The notes: a model not told the origin generated them from the sequence alone. Positions 27,101-40,755 are shown, counted from the first letter of the stretch. The stretch: 64,000 nt of DNA from Eledone cirrhosa (GCA_964016885.1 OZ024742.1:204228001-204292000), one strand, 5' to 3'. A program made the numbers and translations.

Positions 27101-27415
27101 TGTTGAAGATTCTTCTGGGACATTTGTGTATTTTTGTTTAGCTTGTTTTCGTATTAATTCTGCAAGTTACCCATTACGTTGTCAACTATTTTTAAATTAT
27201 GTCACGCATCCATGACTGTCTCTTGTCTGCGAAATAAAAAAAACAAAGGTTGTCTTTTTCTAGTGACAGGTTGTGTATATGTGTGTGTGTGCGTTAGACC
27301 TACAGCTGTTTCGACAACTTTTCTTGTTAATTCGATCAACAGCTTACTCATAAAACTAACGCTCAAGGAGTATAAAATACCAGAGACACTTCTTGTTCTT
27401 GCTCTTGCTCAATGA

Positions 27416-27690
27416 GGCCGGGGTTATCCTAAGCCAACGATCCCAGAATCCTCATCGTGCGTATAGCCGACAAAGTGATGTCGAGACTCCGGAGATCTTC
27501 CCTGGTGACATCCAGCCATCTGGTGCGGCGCCTGCCATGTGACCTCTTCCAGCCTGCAGCCGCTGCGTCGAATGAGAGTAAGGCCCTGTAGGATGATCTG
27601 CTGGAAAGTGGCGGACATTGTCCGTACCAGCGTATGCGGCGGATAGCTATGGGGCGGGAAGCTCTGGGCTGATACGTGTGTGCACGCAAC
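27416..27690 (-). pseudogene. RTE-clade LINE 3' fragment
   Basis: IRRIRWYGQ..GWKRSHGRRRTRWLDVTREDL matches the RTE C-terminal RRLRWFGH..RPRGRP.RW.D pattern. Confidence 0.75.
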
Positions 27691-27894
27691 ACTTACATAT
27701 ACCCTTAATAACTGGCATGTTTGTTAATAACTTATCCACTGTAATATGGAAGTCACAAGTGATTGATTATCTTTATGAAAAAAGAAATTAAATTATTTTC
27801 CTATTTACAACTTTGTGGCAACTAATTATCCCCCCTTACATCGATATCCGTGTTACAATAATATGTGTGGCTGCCATATCACTGACACAGTCCA

Positions 27895-28130
27895 ATATAT
27901 AGCGAATTGTTAAAGTCGTTCAGTACGTTGGATTAAATGATTTACGCTGTTGGTTCCAGCTCTCTGCAGTCTGAGTTCAAATCTTGGCTCGTCCTCCTTC
28001 AGGTATAGATAAAATAAAGTATCAGTTAACTACTGGGGTGGGTTGATGGAATTGTTAGAGCATCGCAAGATGCCTTGCGGTGTTTATTATCGCACTTTGC
28101 ATTCTGAGTTCAAAATCTGCCAAGAGATTC
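27895..28130 (+). mobile_element. Two degenerate family A SINE fragments
   Basis: CTGAGTTCAAATC / CTGAGTTCAAAATC B boxes; GATAAAATAAAGTATCAG. Confidence 0.6.
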
Positions 28131-28169
28131 GAATCCTACAATATTTAAAGAAGAAATGACATTTTAAAG

Positions 28170-28380
28170 AGCAGATGACATTTACTAAGTCTAAAAGTTG
28201 ATTGAGAGGAAACAGGCGACACTTACCAAATCTAAAATAGATTGAGAGAAAGCAGACGACACTTACCAAGTCTAAATTCAGATCGAGAGACAGCAAGCGA
28301 CACTTACCAAGTTTAAAATCTGATTGAGAGAAAGCAGACGACACTTACCAAGTCTAAAATCTGATTGAGAGAAAGTCCGA
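28170..28380. repeat. ~41-bp tandem repeat, about 5 copies
   Basis: GATTGAGAGAAAGCAGACGACACTTACCAAGTCTAAAATCT. Confidence 0.85.
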
Positions 28381-28701
28381 AGTCAACGCTAACAGTTGAG
28401 CTTGCATTTCGGACAGGACGGGAAAGTGAGTTGTAATTGTCAAATAGTTGTGCGAATAATCGTCGCTCCACCCCATGGTACTGATTAATCCGGGAACGAC
28501 CTGAAATTAGAATTGATCTATTATAGACATACTGAATTGGTAAATTGACAAATTCACTCACACAATACATACACACACATACATACATACACACATACAC
28601 TTACATACATACATGTAAAAAGTAAGCAGATATAACAAAGGAAACGGTACAGTACATTGAAGAAATATATCAGTTTAACGCTTGAAATAACTGGAAAAGT
28701 G

Positions 28702-28737
28702 TCTTAACGTTTCGGATACTGGTTCTTCATCAGAAGA
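28702..28737 (-). ncRNA. Minimal hammerhead ribozyme (PLE type)
   Basis: TCTT-CTGATGA-AGAACCAGTATCC-GAAAC-GT-T-AAGA; relatives at 60875 and 40846. Confidence 0.65.
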
Positions 28738-28864
28738 TGAAATTAAAAATAAAAGATAAATAGAAAGATAAAGGGTGGGAAGAGGAAGAAACGGAAGAAA
28801 ATGAGAAAAGCACACATGCGCATTCAGTCAGCCAATCAATAAACGTAATGAAGGCTTAACAAAT

Positions 28865-28908
<44 letters not shown>

Positions 28909-29902
28909 ATACATATATATGTATGTAACTTAACTCTCGAGATAGCCATGATGCTCTTTCCTGTAAGCATATTCAGTTTCTGGACTATTTTCCCGTCCAT
29001 TATATAAGAATTTGCCGATATATGTGAATGCATGCGGGTGTGTGTGTGGGGGGGGGGGTGTAAAGGTATAGCCCCAACAGAGCAACCTCTGCCTATACAT
29101 CATTTCTAGACCTATTCTGCAAATATACATTCATCACATACAAACCGGATTTGCAGTTTTCCCCGTTTTCGAGCCGTGAATACTTCGTATGTAATATGGT
29201 CGTCTGTGTGCATGTGTGGAGAGAGAGGGCTGAGAGAAAGATAGAGAGGGAGAGAGGAAGAGAGAGAGAGAGAGGGGGGAGAGTATACGTGTATTTGGCT
29301 GTAGAAAGAAGAAATATAATGCGCTAAATACAGACAATGACGTCCATTCTTTTATTGAATGTTTTAATGAACGTGGTGGTAGAGGGACTTGGAGAGAAAC
29401 CTCCGCTTTCAAGAAACCAATCAATATTAATATAGATAATACCTGGTGTGTTGATTGATTGGTTGGCCGTTTGGCCTGCTGTCAGATGTCACGTTTAAAA
29501 CACACATACTCATATATATATATATATGTATTCTATTTTCTCCTAGTTTATTTTACACCTAATTCTGTTTAATTGACTGTATCTGGGCGATTATGCTGAC
29601 GAAATATTCGATAAATATTCCGTTGCGGCCGACGCGAAGGGCTAGTTTCGGTTATTTGTTGGAGATTTCTTCATAGAAGCCTCATTCTTATAGTCTGGTC
29701 TATTCGATTTTTTATATAGTTAATTATGCTAATTGGGAGAGGAAATGGTATATATTTTATCTTGTGATTCTATAGACATGTTTTATGATATATATATATA
29801 TACATATATAGTAATAATAATAAATTTGAAGACTAAAATCCAAAGAGGGCTCGATAAGGATAAATATATATCAAATATATAAGAACCGTAGAGCAAATAA
29901 TT

Positions 29903-30940
29903 ATTAAAATAACAGATTAAAGTTTAAGCAAAGAATCGCTGCTTTCACCCTTAACGGGATTTTCTGAAACTAAAAAAGTCAATCTGTGAACGCATATTTG
30001 CTTGTATATGTTATGGAGTATATATTATATATTCTGGTGCATGTGCATTTGGTTATGTATATACGTGAGTTTTCGTCTGTGTGAGTATGCGGGTTCGTAC
30101 GTATGTAGAGTGTGTGTATATGTGTACTTTGTGTTTTGGGGGCGTACGTCTGCGTACATATGTGTATTTACATGTGGGTATGTGTGTGCGCGCGTTATAT
30201 ACGTATTTATTTATTTATATACGTTTATTTAATTATGTGTATACACGCATTCACACACACACATATATATATATATATTTTTTTTTTATATATATAGTTT
30301 TATGTATTTGGTGTATACATTCGTATGCGTGCGGGTACAGGCGTTGCGTAGGTTCTGTATGTGCGTGCGGGTTTTTTGTGTACGTGCTTGTATACCCATG
30401 GCGAGTGTTTTTCGAATGCTTGTGTTTGTACATATATGGACGTGTGTATGTATATATTTAATTTCAATTACCTCTGTATTTTATTTACTTTATTCTTAAC
30501 TCTGAAGCCGAGGATCATTCGGTTTCCTAGATAGAATTTTAGTCTACGACTTCGGTTATACCATTTACGCGGTTTTGTCTTTGCGTGTAATTGTTCTCAC
30601 GCTCCACATAATGACGTATTATCTTCGTTTTTCCGTTCATTGCCAGAGAACGTCTCCACGAACAACCTAATAGAATATTAGTCTACGACTTCATTTATAC
30701 CATAAACGTGGTTTTGTCTTTGCGTCTAATTGTTTTTCACCGCTCGAAATAATGACGTATTATCTTTGTTTTTTTTTCGTTCTTTGCCAGGGAACGTTTC
30801 CACAAACCAAAGTATCGTCTTCCTGTCTTCCTCCGGTTGCAAGGTTTTTTTTAAATATTTACTTCTTGACTTTTTAGTTTCAGGAGATCCAGTTATGGGT
30901 GAAAGCAGCAATTCTTTAAACTTTAATCTGTTATTTTAAT
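29903..30940. repeat. Diverged ~80-bp inverted repeat (29903-29982 / 30866-30940)
   Basis: TTGACTTTTTAGTTTCAG..GGGTGAAAGCAGC..TTTAATCTGTTATTTTAAT on opposite strands; right arm ends in (TA)n. Confidence 0.75.
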
Positions 30941-31157
30941 ATATATATATATAATTGGAAATCAGTAAAATCGAATCTCTGGCGGTTTGCAAGTAGATTC
31001 GGCCTACTTATATGAAATGATGAGTTAGCAAAGCACTCGATAAGATAGGACCTCAGAGTAATAACATACGTTTAAATAGCTTGACAAATCGAACATTGTG
31101 GTAGGCGAAACTAACACACAATACATACCAAAGTAACGATAGAACTAATCAGGTTGA

Positions 31158-31230
<73 letters not shown>

Positions 31231-31487
31231 TAGATATAGATATAGATATAGATATTTTCTCAATTTCCAATTGAGTTCTAGCACGTGGCCTGAATTCCTT
31301 TTAGAGTTCATTGTCATGCGCATGTATTGTTTATTTTGGCGGTAATTTACTTCCTCATTTTTGAATCAGTTTGAGCATTTCTTTAGAACTGCTGGACTAG
31401 CAACCTGACAGATACCTCAGGCACTGATGATGATTATCGCTAAATACTAATGTTGATTAGATTATCAATATTAGTATTATTGGGGCA

Positions 31488-31614
31488 CCCACTGATGAAT
31501 TATAGGAGCCCACTTGAATATATATCTATTGATGGTATACAAGCTCCTACATAAATTGGTATAATTTCACCCAAATTGTAGGAATCCTATAATGAAACGA
31601 GACGTCCGTCTGGG
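31488..31614 (+). ncRNA. Hammerhead ribozyme with extended, branched stem II
   Basis: CCCA-CTGATGA-ATTATAGGA..TCCTATAAT-GAAAC-GAGACGTCC-GTC-TGGG; intact core, GUC site. Confidence 0.85.
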
Positions 31615-31785
31615 AAGAGATATATTCGATATGTCTCATATGAAATAATACAGCCAATTTTCCACGCAATACTTTTAGTTAGTACCCTGAACGCTTAATC
31701 AGGAATATAATCACTTATTTCCTAATGTTTGTTGCGTGAGTTGGAATTTGGCCGGAGTATCGCTAAAAAGCTTTCTCCAATATTG

Positions 31786-31848
<63 letters not shown>

Positions 31849-31852
<4 letters not shown>

Positions 31853-32696
31853 TTATCCGTAGTGTTGTAATATGAATATTATACACAGTAGATGGACAGC
31901 TCACGTAGGGTTTGCTCGACGGTTCCAGTTGTAGTTTCAAAAGTAATCCGGAGAAAATAGAAAGATTTAAATGGATACAGTTCAGTAAAAGGAATTTATT
32001 GACACGTGTTTCAATAACAGTTATATAACCTGAAAACACCTGCTATCTACAAAGTATTAATTATGCAGACACTCAATATTTCAATGTTATTTTCAACTAC
32101 CATTTCATTAGAATAATATCATTGAGAACTTGTTTGGTTTTTATAGAGAATATTATGAGGGAGGAGTGAAGTTGTTAGAAGAATAGTTAAGGGAGTGGAT
32201 AGAAATTTTTGATAGCAGTGGGTAATTAGATTCCCATCTGATATTTTGTTAGTTGAGTTTGACATTTTTATAGAATATTCATTATTTGGCGTTGGTTGTA
32301 TTGGTTATTTTTCTAAATCTATAGAAGGATTAGAGATACTAAAGATATGCATGGTTGGTTTTGTGTTTGCACTTAATTCACATACAGACTTAAATTTTTC
32401 TTTCAAGTGTACGTATCCGTTCGCCCACACATAAATATATGCGTATATATACTTATTTTTTAAAAAACATACACATTCACACACATACATATATGTACAT
32501 CTCTACAAATACATACACTCACATACACATACTTACATGCTCATACTTACATACATATATACCTGTACATATATATATATATACATATATATATGTGTAC
32601 ATACATACGCATTCATGTATATACACTTTCATACTTTACTTATCTTCATATACACACATATAGACACACACATATATACATACATACTCTTGTCCA

Positions 32697-32740
<44 letters not shown>

Positions 32741-34200
32741 CACATATACATGAATACACATACATTTAATTATATACATCAAACATATATATATATACAC
32801 ACTCACCCACTTGTTTACTTATTTATATACATTTTCACATATATACATTCATATGGTCGCTTTTAGACACATTCATTATAGCATATTCGCACCTATTCTC
32901 ACCAGCATATTTATCCATTATTAGTGTGATAATTTAAGGTTATTAATAGTACATATATATGCTGAGAAGAGATTGTTTTTATATTTTTCTACCAAGATTG
33001 AGGATTTGTACAGTTGGGAGGATGTCCCTCGTTTATGTAATATTCAGCTTGTAGTGGGAAAAAAGGGTTTTAGTTCGGTGACGGCAGAATAATGTTCGAT
33101 CAATTCTGTTATTAAGCAATTTCTTCTTGTGTGTGATTATGTAATAAATCTCAAGATTACATAATTTGCAGAAATTTTGGCTCCTGGAAAAGCTATGGGT
33201 TTTAGCTAATTTATCTCATTTTAGGGTAAACTTTTGATCGCTATCCCTGAGCATCCAAGCTTTTTCTGCTAAAGTTGTTACATTTCTTTGGCTCTGGTGT
33301 TTTATTGAGTAAGAATGCCTATATAATCGAGATTTAAACTATGTTGCCGTTGATCCCACGTAATACCACTCGTTGCCTCCGGATTCAATGGTACACTTAT
33401 AGATGATATTTTTTTCAAGGCAGTTATTGCCGAGGGGGCAATTGTCAGGATAGGTGCAGTTACAGTTGTGTACGTTGGTTTTGTAGTTAGGTTCACTCTG
33501 GAGTAGTATTGCGGACGAACTTAGGTGTGGTTTATTTATGTTCTGTAGTGTCTACTGGGTTTTTTTTGTGCTCTTTGTACTTAAGTTTTTAGTGTTTTTG
33601 TTTAACCTTCTAGTATTAATCTTTTTTATGTGTTGTTCAAGGTTTAACGCTGTAGAGTCTGACGGTCTTATAGTGGTAGGGTTTAGGATTTTGTGGTATT
33701 TGTGTGATGTAGGAAAATGTTTCTTAACTATTTTAAAGAAAAGTACTGGTAAATTTGTACTAATGGAACTATTGTATTCAGGGTTATACCATAAGTACTC
33801 TTTGCATCGCTTTCTATTAGTTTTGTTTGTTGGTTTATTGGTGTGTACACTATGGTAGTAAGTGTGGTTTGGTGTTGTGTTATTATTTCTACCTATGTGG
33901 GATTTATTTTGGGTGTTTTGATTGTTTTCATCTATATATTCTATTTTGTTGAGGTAGCCTGCTTTACTAAGGGCGTTATCGTAGTACTCGGCGTGTTCCT
34001 TAAATACTTGTATGTTAGAAGATAGACCCGAGATTCAAAGGGAAATATTTTTAGGGATAGATTTAATTATAGAGATGGGGTGGTTAGACCCAACATTCAC
34101 GTACTTGAGATTTTCATTCAATTTATGAAACGGTTTAATCAGACCAGAGTTTAAATTGAGTGTGACATCCAGGAAGTTAACTACTTTAAGGTTGTGTTCA
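31849..34200 (-). mobile_element. 5'-truncated Naiad-type PLE, degraded
   Basis: NFLDVTLNL, SNHP, CNCTYPDNCPLGNNC, CKLCNLE, CRHR; bounded by (TA)n at both ends. Confidence 0.88.
31996..32116 (-). ncRNA. Hammerhead with long stem II and one core substitution
   Basis: TTATT-CTAATGA-AATGGTAGTT..AACTGTTATT-GAAA-CACGTG-TC-AATAA at the 3' end of the PLE. Confidence 0.7.
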
Positions 34201-34212
34201 TATATATATATA

Positions 34213-36993
34213 TAACGAAGGAAATGTGGTAAGGAACCATATGAACCATAACGCACCAAAGTACTCAATACTTAGGGTAGTAGAGTGGGTAATAGGAACA
34301 AGTAAGACCCCGACGGCTGAGCTCAAGCCGTTTCGACGGCTAATTCTGGACTGAAGGAAAATTTATTCTGGTATTTAAATAGCCGAGCTTATCAAGAGGT
34401 AATTCCATATATGGTCAAAGAGACAATCACCAGGATTGGTCACATCACAAGTTAGTAGTAAATCGGTGATGGCAAATTGGTGGGGGAAGGGGTAGCTAAA
34501 CCTGCCGGTAGGAGAAAAAGGGAGAGGGGGTGGAGTAGACCCATTCATGCGTTGGTAGTGCTGGCTCCAGCTGGGCGTGAGGTCAAATGGATACTGGGGA
34601 GGGGGGGGGGGAATTCGAAACGGTAAGTAGAACAATGTAGGGTAAAACTATAAACAGTACTGAGAGAGAAAAAAAAAAAAAAAAAAAAGCAAAGTCTGGT
34701 TACTAAGACTTAAGTCTCTCGCTATTGCTAGGCTAAAGAAATACATAAATAAATAAATAAACAAATACGTGAATAAAAGAATAGATAAATAAATTAAAAA
34801 ATATATATAATGAAGAATAAAATACTAAAGAGACTGCCACGAAATAATAAAGGTTTCTACCCCAATCACAGTGCAAGAAAGTAAACTAGTACGAGAATAT
34901 AATTTAGGGTCCCGCAAAAAAATACTAGTGCTAACTCTAAGGGTACCGCCACGAAACAAAAAGTCTTATACAAGCTACATGAAAGATCGTACGAAGTAAA
35001 AGTAAAGAACGGAAAATTAATACAGAAACACCCCCCCCCACCCCCCACAAACAAAAAGGAAAAAGAAGAAAGAAATACTGGATAAACGAGAAATTAAAGC
35101 AAAGATGCCACTAAGAAATATAGAAGTCACGGAAAAAAGGACAGCGGTCGGAGGAGGGAGAAAATATCCGAAGTCTAACACCTCTGCTATAAAAAGCGGA
35201 GTCAGCCAAATCTATCATAGAATAGGGGAAGGGGTGGGGTGTTGAAGCTACAAGGGACCGAGGGGCTACCTCGGGTGGGCGAGAAAAAGACGACGACAAA
35301 GAAAAGGAACTGGGGTAGAAGGACTAGGGAGGGATGGGGGGGAAGAAGGAAATATAGAGGAAGCGATAAAAGAATGTAAAAGAAGATCTTACGTCTCCAT
35401 TGGCAAGCAGGGGTTACCCATTACAAAATAGGCAAGTGGGGTGTTATAGCCCTAGTCTACTCCCCAGCCCCCGGGTCATTTTGGGGTTTGAGGGCGAAGT
35501 AAGTCCTACGTAATCGGTGTTTACATGCAGTAACCAGTTCATCTTTCTTGTTTAGGAGTTGGTCCGTCGAAAACAACATTTGTAAAGTTTCCTCCGAGCA
35601 TAAATTGTACGGACGGCGTCCTCCCGTGTAAGAGTTGGCGCTGGACAGTAATTTCCAAGTGAGATCGTAGTTGATGTTGTTGTCCTTGAGGTCCCATATG
35701 TGGGCCGAAAGTGTAGTGGCGTGACGCCGGGCCGGGTTTCGGAAGGTATGTCTGTGTTGGTATAGCCGGGTCTTGAAGTCACATGCGGTTAATCCTATAT
35801 AAGCTTTGTTGGAAGTGTCCGTGCTCACGTTGCACTGGTAGATCACATTACGGTCTCTGCATCTGTTGTCGAGGGGGCAACTGGATCTATCAGGACAATT
35901 GCAACTCCTGGTCGGCTCTCCACTGCTATTTGGGTTGTTTCTTCCATCGGGGTTGAGTTTTTTGTTGTTGGAGGAGACGATGTTTTGTGCGAAGTTAGGT
36001 GTAGTGCTGTAAGAGAGTTTGATAGTATTTTTGTTAATTATGTTGTGGTAGCGGTGTTGTGGTGGGAAGTGTTTTTCAATGAGCCTAAAGAAAATTTTCC
36101 CGATGGGAGTTGTCACCTCGGCGTTGTGGGGAGGATTGAACCATGATACATTGCGTGAGCGGCGGTGTCGCCTGCTGGTTCCGCTAATGGGAGCTGGACA
36201 GTAGGATATTTCCTCCCGGAAACCACTCCGCTTGAGGGCCTGGTTGTAGTAAGGCGCATGTTCATCGAATATCTTCTCATTAGCTGACAAACGGGATATG
36301 CGGAGGGAGATGTTTTTGACCAGGTTGTTGGTGATGTTCCTAGGATGTTTTGACCGGCGGTGGATGTTGTGCAGGTTGTCGTTAGGTTTCCTGTATGGGT
36401 AGTACAGGTCATTATTGAGATCAAGGGTAACGTCCAGGAAATTAACTCGGGTCAGGGACGTTTGTAGGGTTATTTTAAATCCCCAGTCGCGGAAGAAGCT
36501 GATTAATTGTTTACGGACCCGATCTGTACTACTGGGGTTGTACCCTTTAAGGGTAAGGAGCCCATCATCACGGTACAATCCACCACCGAAAGCAGGAAAC
36601 ATATCGGTGAGTTTGGCTATAAGGAATAATCCTATAAGATCTGTGACCTCCGCCGAATCCGTCGCGCCCATGCTGACGTCGAAGGGTGAGTCGGGAGCTC
36701 TTTTTATCCATTTGGAGTTGTCAAAGAGTAAGACTGTCTTCCTGGCGTGGAGGATGATTTTTCTTTCCTGGTCGGTGATGGGCACAAGTGCTTCGGCGAA
36801 GTCCAAGGCGGCAGTAAGTAGCGGTAAGGTGATTGAAGCATAGTAGCTCTCTATGTCGAACTGGATAAATTTAGTGTCTCGTTTATCCTCCATATTGCTG
36901 AACCATGAGATAACTTCCTGGGTGTTGATCCATAGGCTAAGTCGGGCGTGTTGCTTGACTTTTGGTATCACGCGGTCTATGATTCTTTTGCTG
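34213..36993 (-). mobile_element. Young 5'-truncated Naiad-type PLE with ~1.2-kb 3' region
   Basis: Uninterrupted ORF with RT and GIY-YIG; both ends join (TA)n. Confidence 0.95.
34349..34439 (-). promoter_or_regulatory. Putative Pol II core promoter in PLE 3' repeat (CCAAT about -85, TATTTAAA -29, Inr TCAGTC with +1 at 34352)
   Basis: Canonical spacing; short dispersed copies at 23449 and 43633 begin exactly at AGTCCAG. Confidence 0.65.
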
Positions 36994-36996
36994 ATA
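35457..36996 (-). CDS. PLE reverse transcriptase + GIY-YIG endonuclease (N-terminally truncated)
   Basis: [63 protein letters not shown]. Confidence 0.93.
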
Positions 36997-37034
36997 TATG
37001 TATATATATATATATATATACATATATACATATA

Positions 37035-37487
<453 letters not shown>

Positions 37488-37503
37488 TTATATATATATA
37501 TAT

Positions 37504-39620
37504 AGCCCCTCCTGATGACTTTAAATTAAGACTCATAATAGCAGGCACCACATGTGAAACCCACCGCCTAAGCAACTTCCTAGATATTCTGCTTAAACCT
37601 TTCCTGAAACACATAAAAATCTTCATAAGGGACGACCTTGACTTGCTCAACCACCTCCCAACAATACTCAATAACGAACATACCCTACTAGTAACCTTTG
37701 ATGTCATCAATTTATATTCCAATATCCCACACAACCTAGGTATAGACGCAATACAATTCTGGCTTGAACATTTCCCTAGTGAACTCCCACAGCGCATCCA
37801 TAAATAATTTGTGTTGGGGGGACTCAAATTCATCTTGGAAAACAATTTCTTCGAATTCAATGCCAAATACTACAGACAGAAATCTGGGACTGCCATGGGC
37901 ACGAAAGTGGCCCCCTCATACGCCAACCTTATCATGGGATATTTGGAAACCATTCTCTACCGCAAAATTCTAGACAAATACGGCAACCGCTTCTACCAAC
38001 ACATAGAAAAGAACTGGAAGAGATATCTGGGCGCTCCTTCATCCTCTGGCATGAAAGTATAGACTGTTTGAGTTTAAAACCCTTCTGAATGAGGTCAACA
38101 CTAACTTACAATTCACAATGGATTACAGCCATGAACACCTCCCTTTCCTCGACATCCTCATCAAGAAAACAAGCAACAAAATAGAAACAGACATATACTA
38201 CAAACCCACAGACTCCAAACAATACCTTCCATTCAACTCGTGTCACCCTAGACACACCAAAATGGCAATTCCTTATAGCCTAGCCAGAAGGATCTGCACA
38301 ATAGTTTCAGATAAATACACATGCTACACACGACTAGAAGAATTAAAAAACACACTTATCAGCAGAAACTACTCACCAACCCTAATCACCAATGGATTCC
38401 AACGTGCCCTAAAACTAGACATCCAGGAATTCAGACACCCCAAACCCAGGAATGAACCGCAACAAAAAACTCTACCATACATCTCCACACACTACCTCCT
38501 CAACAATGAGGCATTCGACACTATCCTCCAGAACATTCCTTTACTAAAAAGAGACCCAAGAATGAACAAAATCTCTAAACACACAACATCATAAAGAGCA
38601 AAAAACAACCTAAATCCATAAAAACATCCTCACACAAGCCAAAATCCAACAAACCACACAAGAACCCTACAATAACAAAATTCGGAAGGCCCTACTGTGG
38701 CATATGCATAAATCTAATAGAAGGTTCAACATTCCATTTTAAACAACGACAGCGTTTCACAGTTAAACACAACTTTACATGTGCATCTGAAAACCTTATC
38801 TATGTTTTGACCTGCTCAGGTTGTCAAGAGCACTATATAGGACAGACAAAAAACAGCCTCCGTCAACGCATGACCGTCCATAAATCACAAATTAAAATAC
38901 AGGAATACAGAAACATTGCATTTAGTGAACATATCGCCAATTGTGTCCACAACCAACATACAAACTTTAAAATTTACCCCATTTACAAATTCATAGACAA
39001 CGATACTTCCATCCAACGTTCCAATAAGGAAACATATTTCATTAATAAATTCCAACCCCTACTTAATGCTCTAAAAATCGGACCAATCTAAAACTGCAAC
39101 GAACAATCAAACATTTGCAAGAGTTACCTCCTAATCTTACCTAATCCTTTTTCTTTAATAAATTAAATATCGTCCAGCAAGAATTGCTTCCCCCTACATA
39201 TTAACTCTCTAAAATGGGAAATCATATCAAACCTCAGTCCACCATTTGCCTCCATCATGGAATCATGGATCATCTAAGCACTCTTGCTATATAAACACAT
39301 TTTGATCTGCTTAACTTCAATGACTATGCTTGTAAATAATATTATTTTTTCTTACACATTGACTTTTTATGCTATACATTATGCACGTTTTTTTACTTTT
39401 TCTTTTTTCTTTTCACTTCATAAACCTTGTTTGTAAATAACATTATTCTTTTTGCACCTTCTGTTTATCATGTGCGACAGCACACTAATACATTTCACTA
39501 TCATTTGATAATGCATATCAATGCTGAAACCGGTAATAGAGAATAATTAAATATATAAATAGATAAATAAATGCCATTGTTAAATAACCACAAAGTAAAA
39601 CATTTCGTTTTAATCATTTT
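37504..39620 (+). mobile_element. Neptune-type Penelope-like element, 5'-truncated and frameshifted
   Basis: FDVINLYSNIPH, GTAMGTKVAPSYANL, LPFLDI, YYKPTDSKQYL..SCHP, Cys linker, LIYVLTCSGCQEHYIGQT; starts at (TA)n. Confidence 0.92.
39498..39539 (+). ncRNA. Degenerate hammerhead at Neptune 3' end
   Basis: TTGATAA (from CTGATGA)-TGCA..TGCT-GAAA-CCGG-TA-ATAG. Confidence 0.45.
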
Positions 39621-39700
39621 CTAACCCAGAAAAAAGAGAGAGAGAAACAAAAAAGGAAAAAATATTTTTTTCTTCCTCATAATCGTCTCTTTCTCCCTGT

Positions 39701-39804
<104 letters not shown>

Positions 39805-39816
39805 AGAGAGAGAGAG

Positions 39817-39876
<60 letters not shown>

Positions 39877-40527
39877 CCGACCGCAGCGCCAAGCCGAAAC
39901 CGCTTGGCACCGCGATCGGGATTTTACATATCTCTATACCCACTCTACATCTCCCCTTTTATCGTGTACGCACAGGATTAGTGGTCTCCTGGTTCTTACC
40001 ACCGCACAGACTCTGCCTCTCTCTCTCTCTCTCTGTATATATATATATATATATACAAAGAGAGTTTCAGAGAGAATGGGTTCAAGGAGAAGGTCAGGAG
40101 TGACCAACAAACACTGGAAAGTGCATACACACATACACATACACACATGCACACATACACACACACGCGCGCGCACGCACACATACACACTCATATAAAC
40201 ACGCACACATACATCGGGAATAAGCGAATACTTATAGCGTTTGTACAAAATCGTTTTATTTTCACCTTTTCTTCTCTATGGTTGATGAATGAAATATATA
40301 TTTTGAAAATACATATTATTCCTTTCCTTAATTTCATTTCTGCTCCAAATCGTTGTATGGTTCAAATATTATATTTGTAGCGTTTGAGCATGAAGAATAT
40401 AATAAATAGATTTACTCAATATAAAGGAATTTATATATTTATTTTAAGACATTCATACATTTTTATTTATTACCCACAGTGGTACACGTATACTTCCAAA
40501 TTTATGTCATATAACGGGTAATATCTT

Positions 40528-40560
<33 letters not shown>

Positions 40561-40563
<3 letters not shown>

Positions 40564-40700
40564 CAAAGAAAGTGTGGTAAGGGACCAGGTGGACCATAAC
40601 GCACCAGAGTGCTCAATACTTAGGGTAGTAGAGTGGGTAATAGGAAAAGAGACAGGACCCCGTCGGCGGTCAACTGTCAGGGTCCTGACTCAAGCGACAA
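40561..40700 (-). mobile_element. Copy of the Naiad terminal repeat
   Basis: Matches 34213-34315; joins (TA)n. Confidence 0.85.
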
Positions 40701-40755
40701 CGATTGTCATTGAAATATGTATCACGGACTCTTTACCATCTACAACTACACATTT

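Noticed and set aside
31421-31480. Extra CTGATGA motifs (also 19613-19619 minus, 40846, 60361)
   Set aside because: No properly placed GAAA/stem III half; at best truncated remnants
34300-34355. HDV-like ribozyme suggested by the hairpin followed by GGCTAA
   Set aside because: No P1/P2/P3/L3 nested pseudoknot could be built, and the motif is antisense to the element
35457-36996. Selenoprotein-type Naiad (in-frame UGA + SECIS)
   Set aside because: The ORF has no in-frame TGA, and the Cys motifs checked in the other Naiad fragments use TGT/TGC. The ATGA-N11-AAAA pattern near 32090-32108 has too large a loop and is explained by the HHR core
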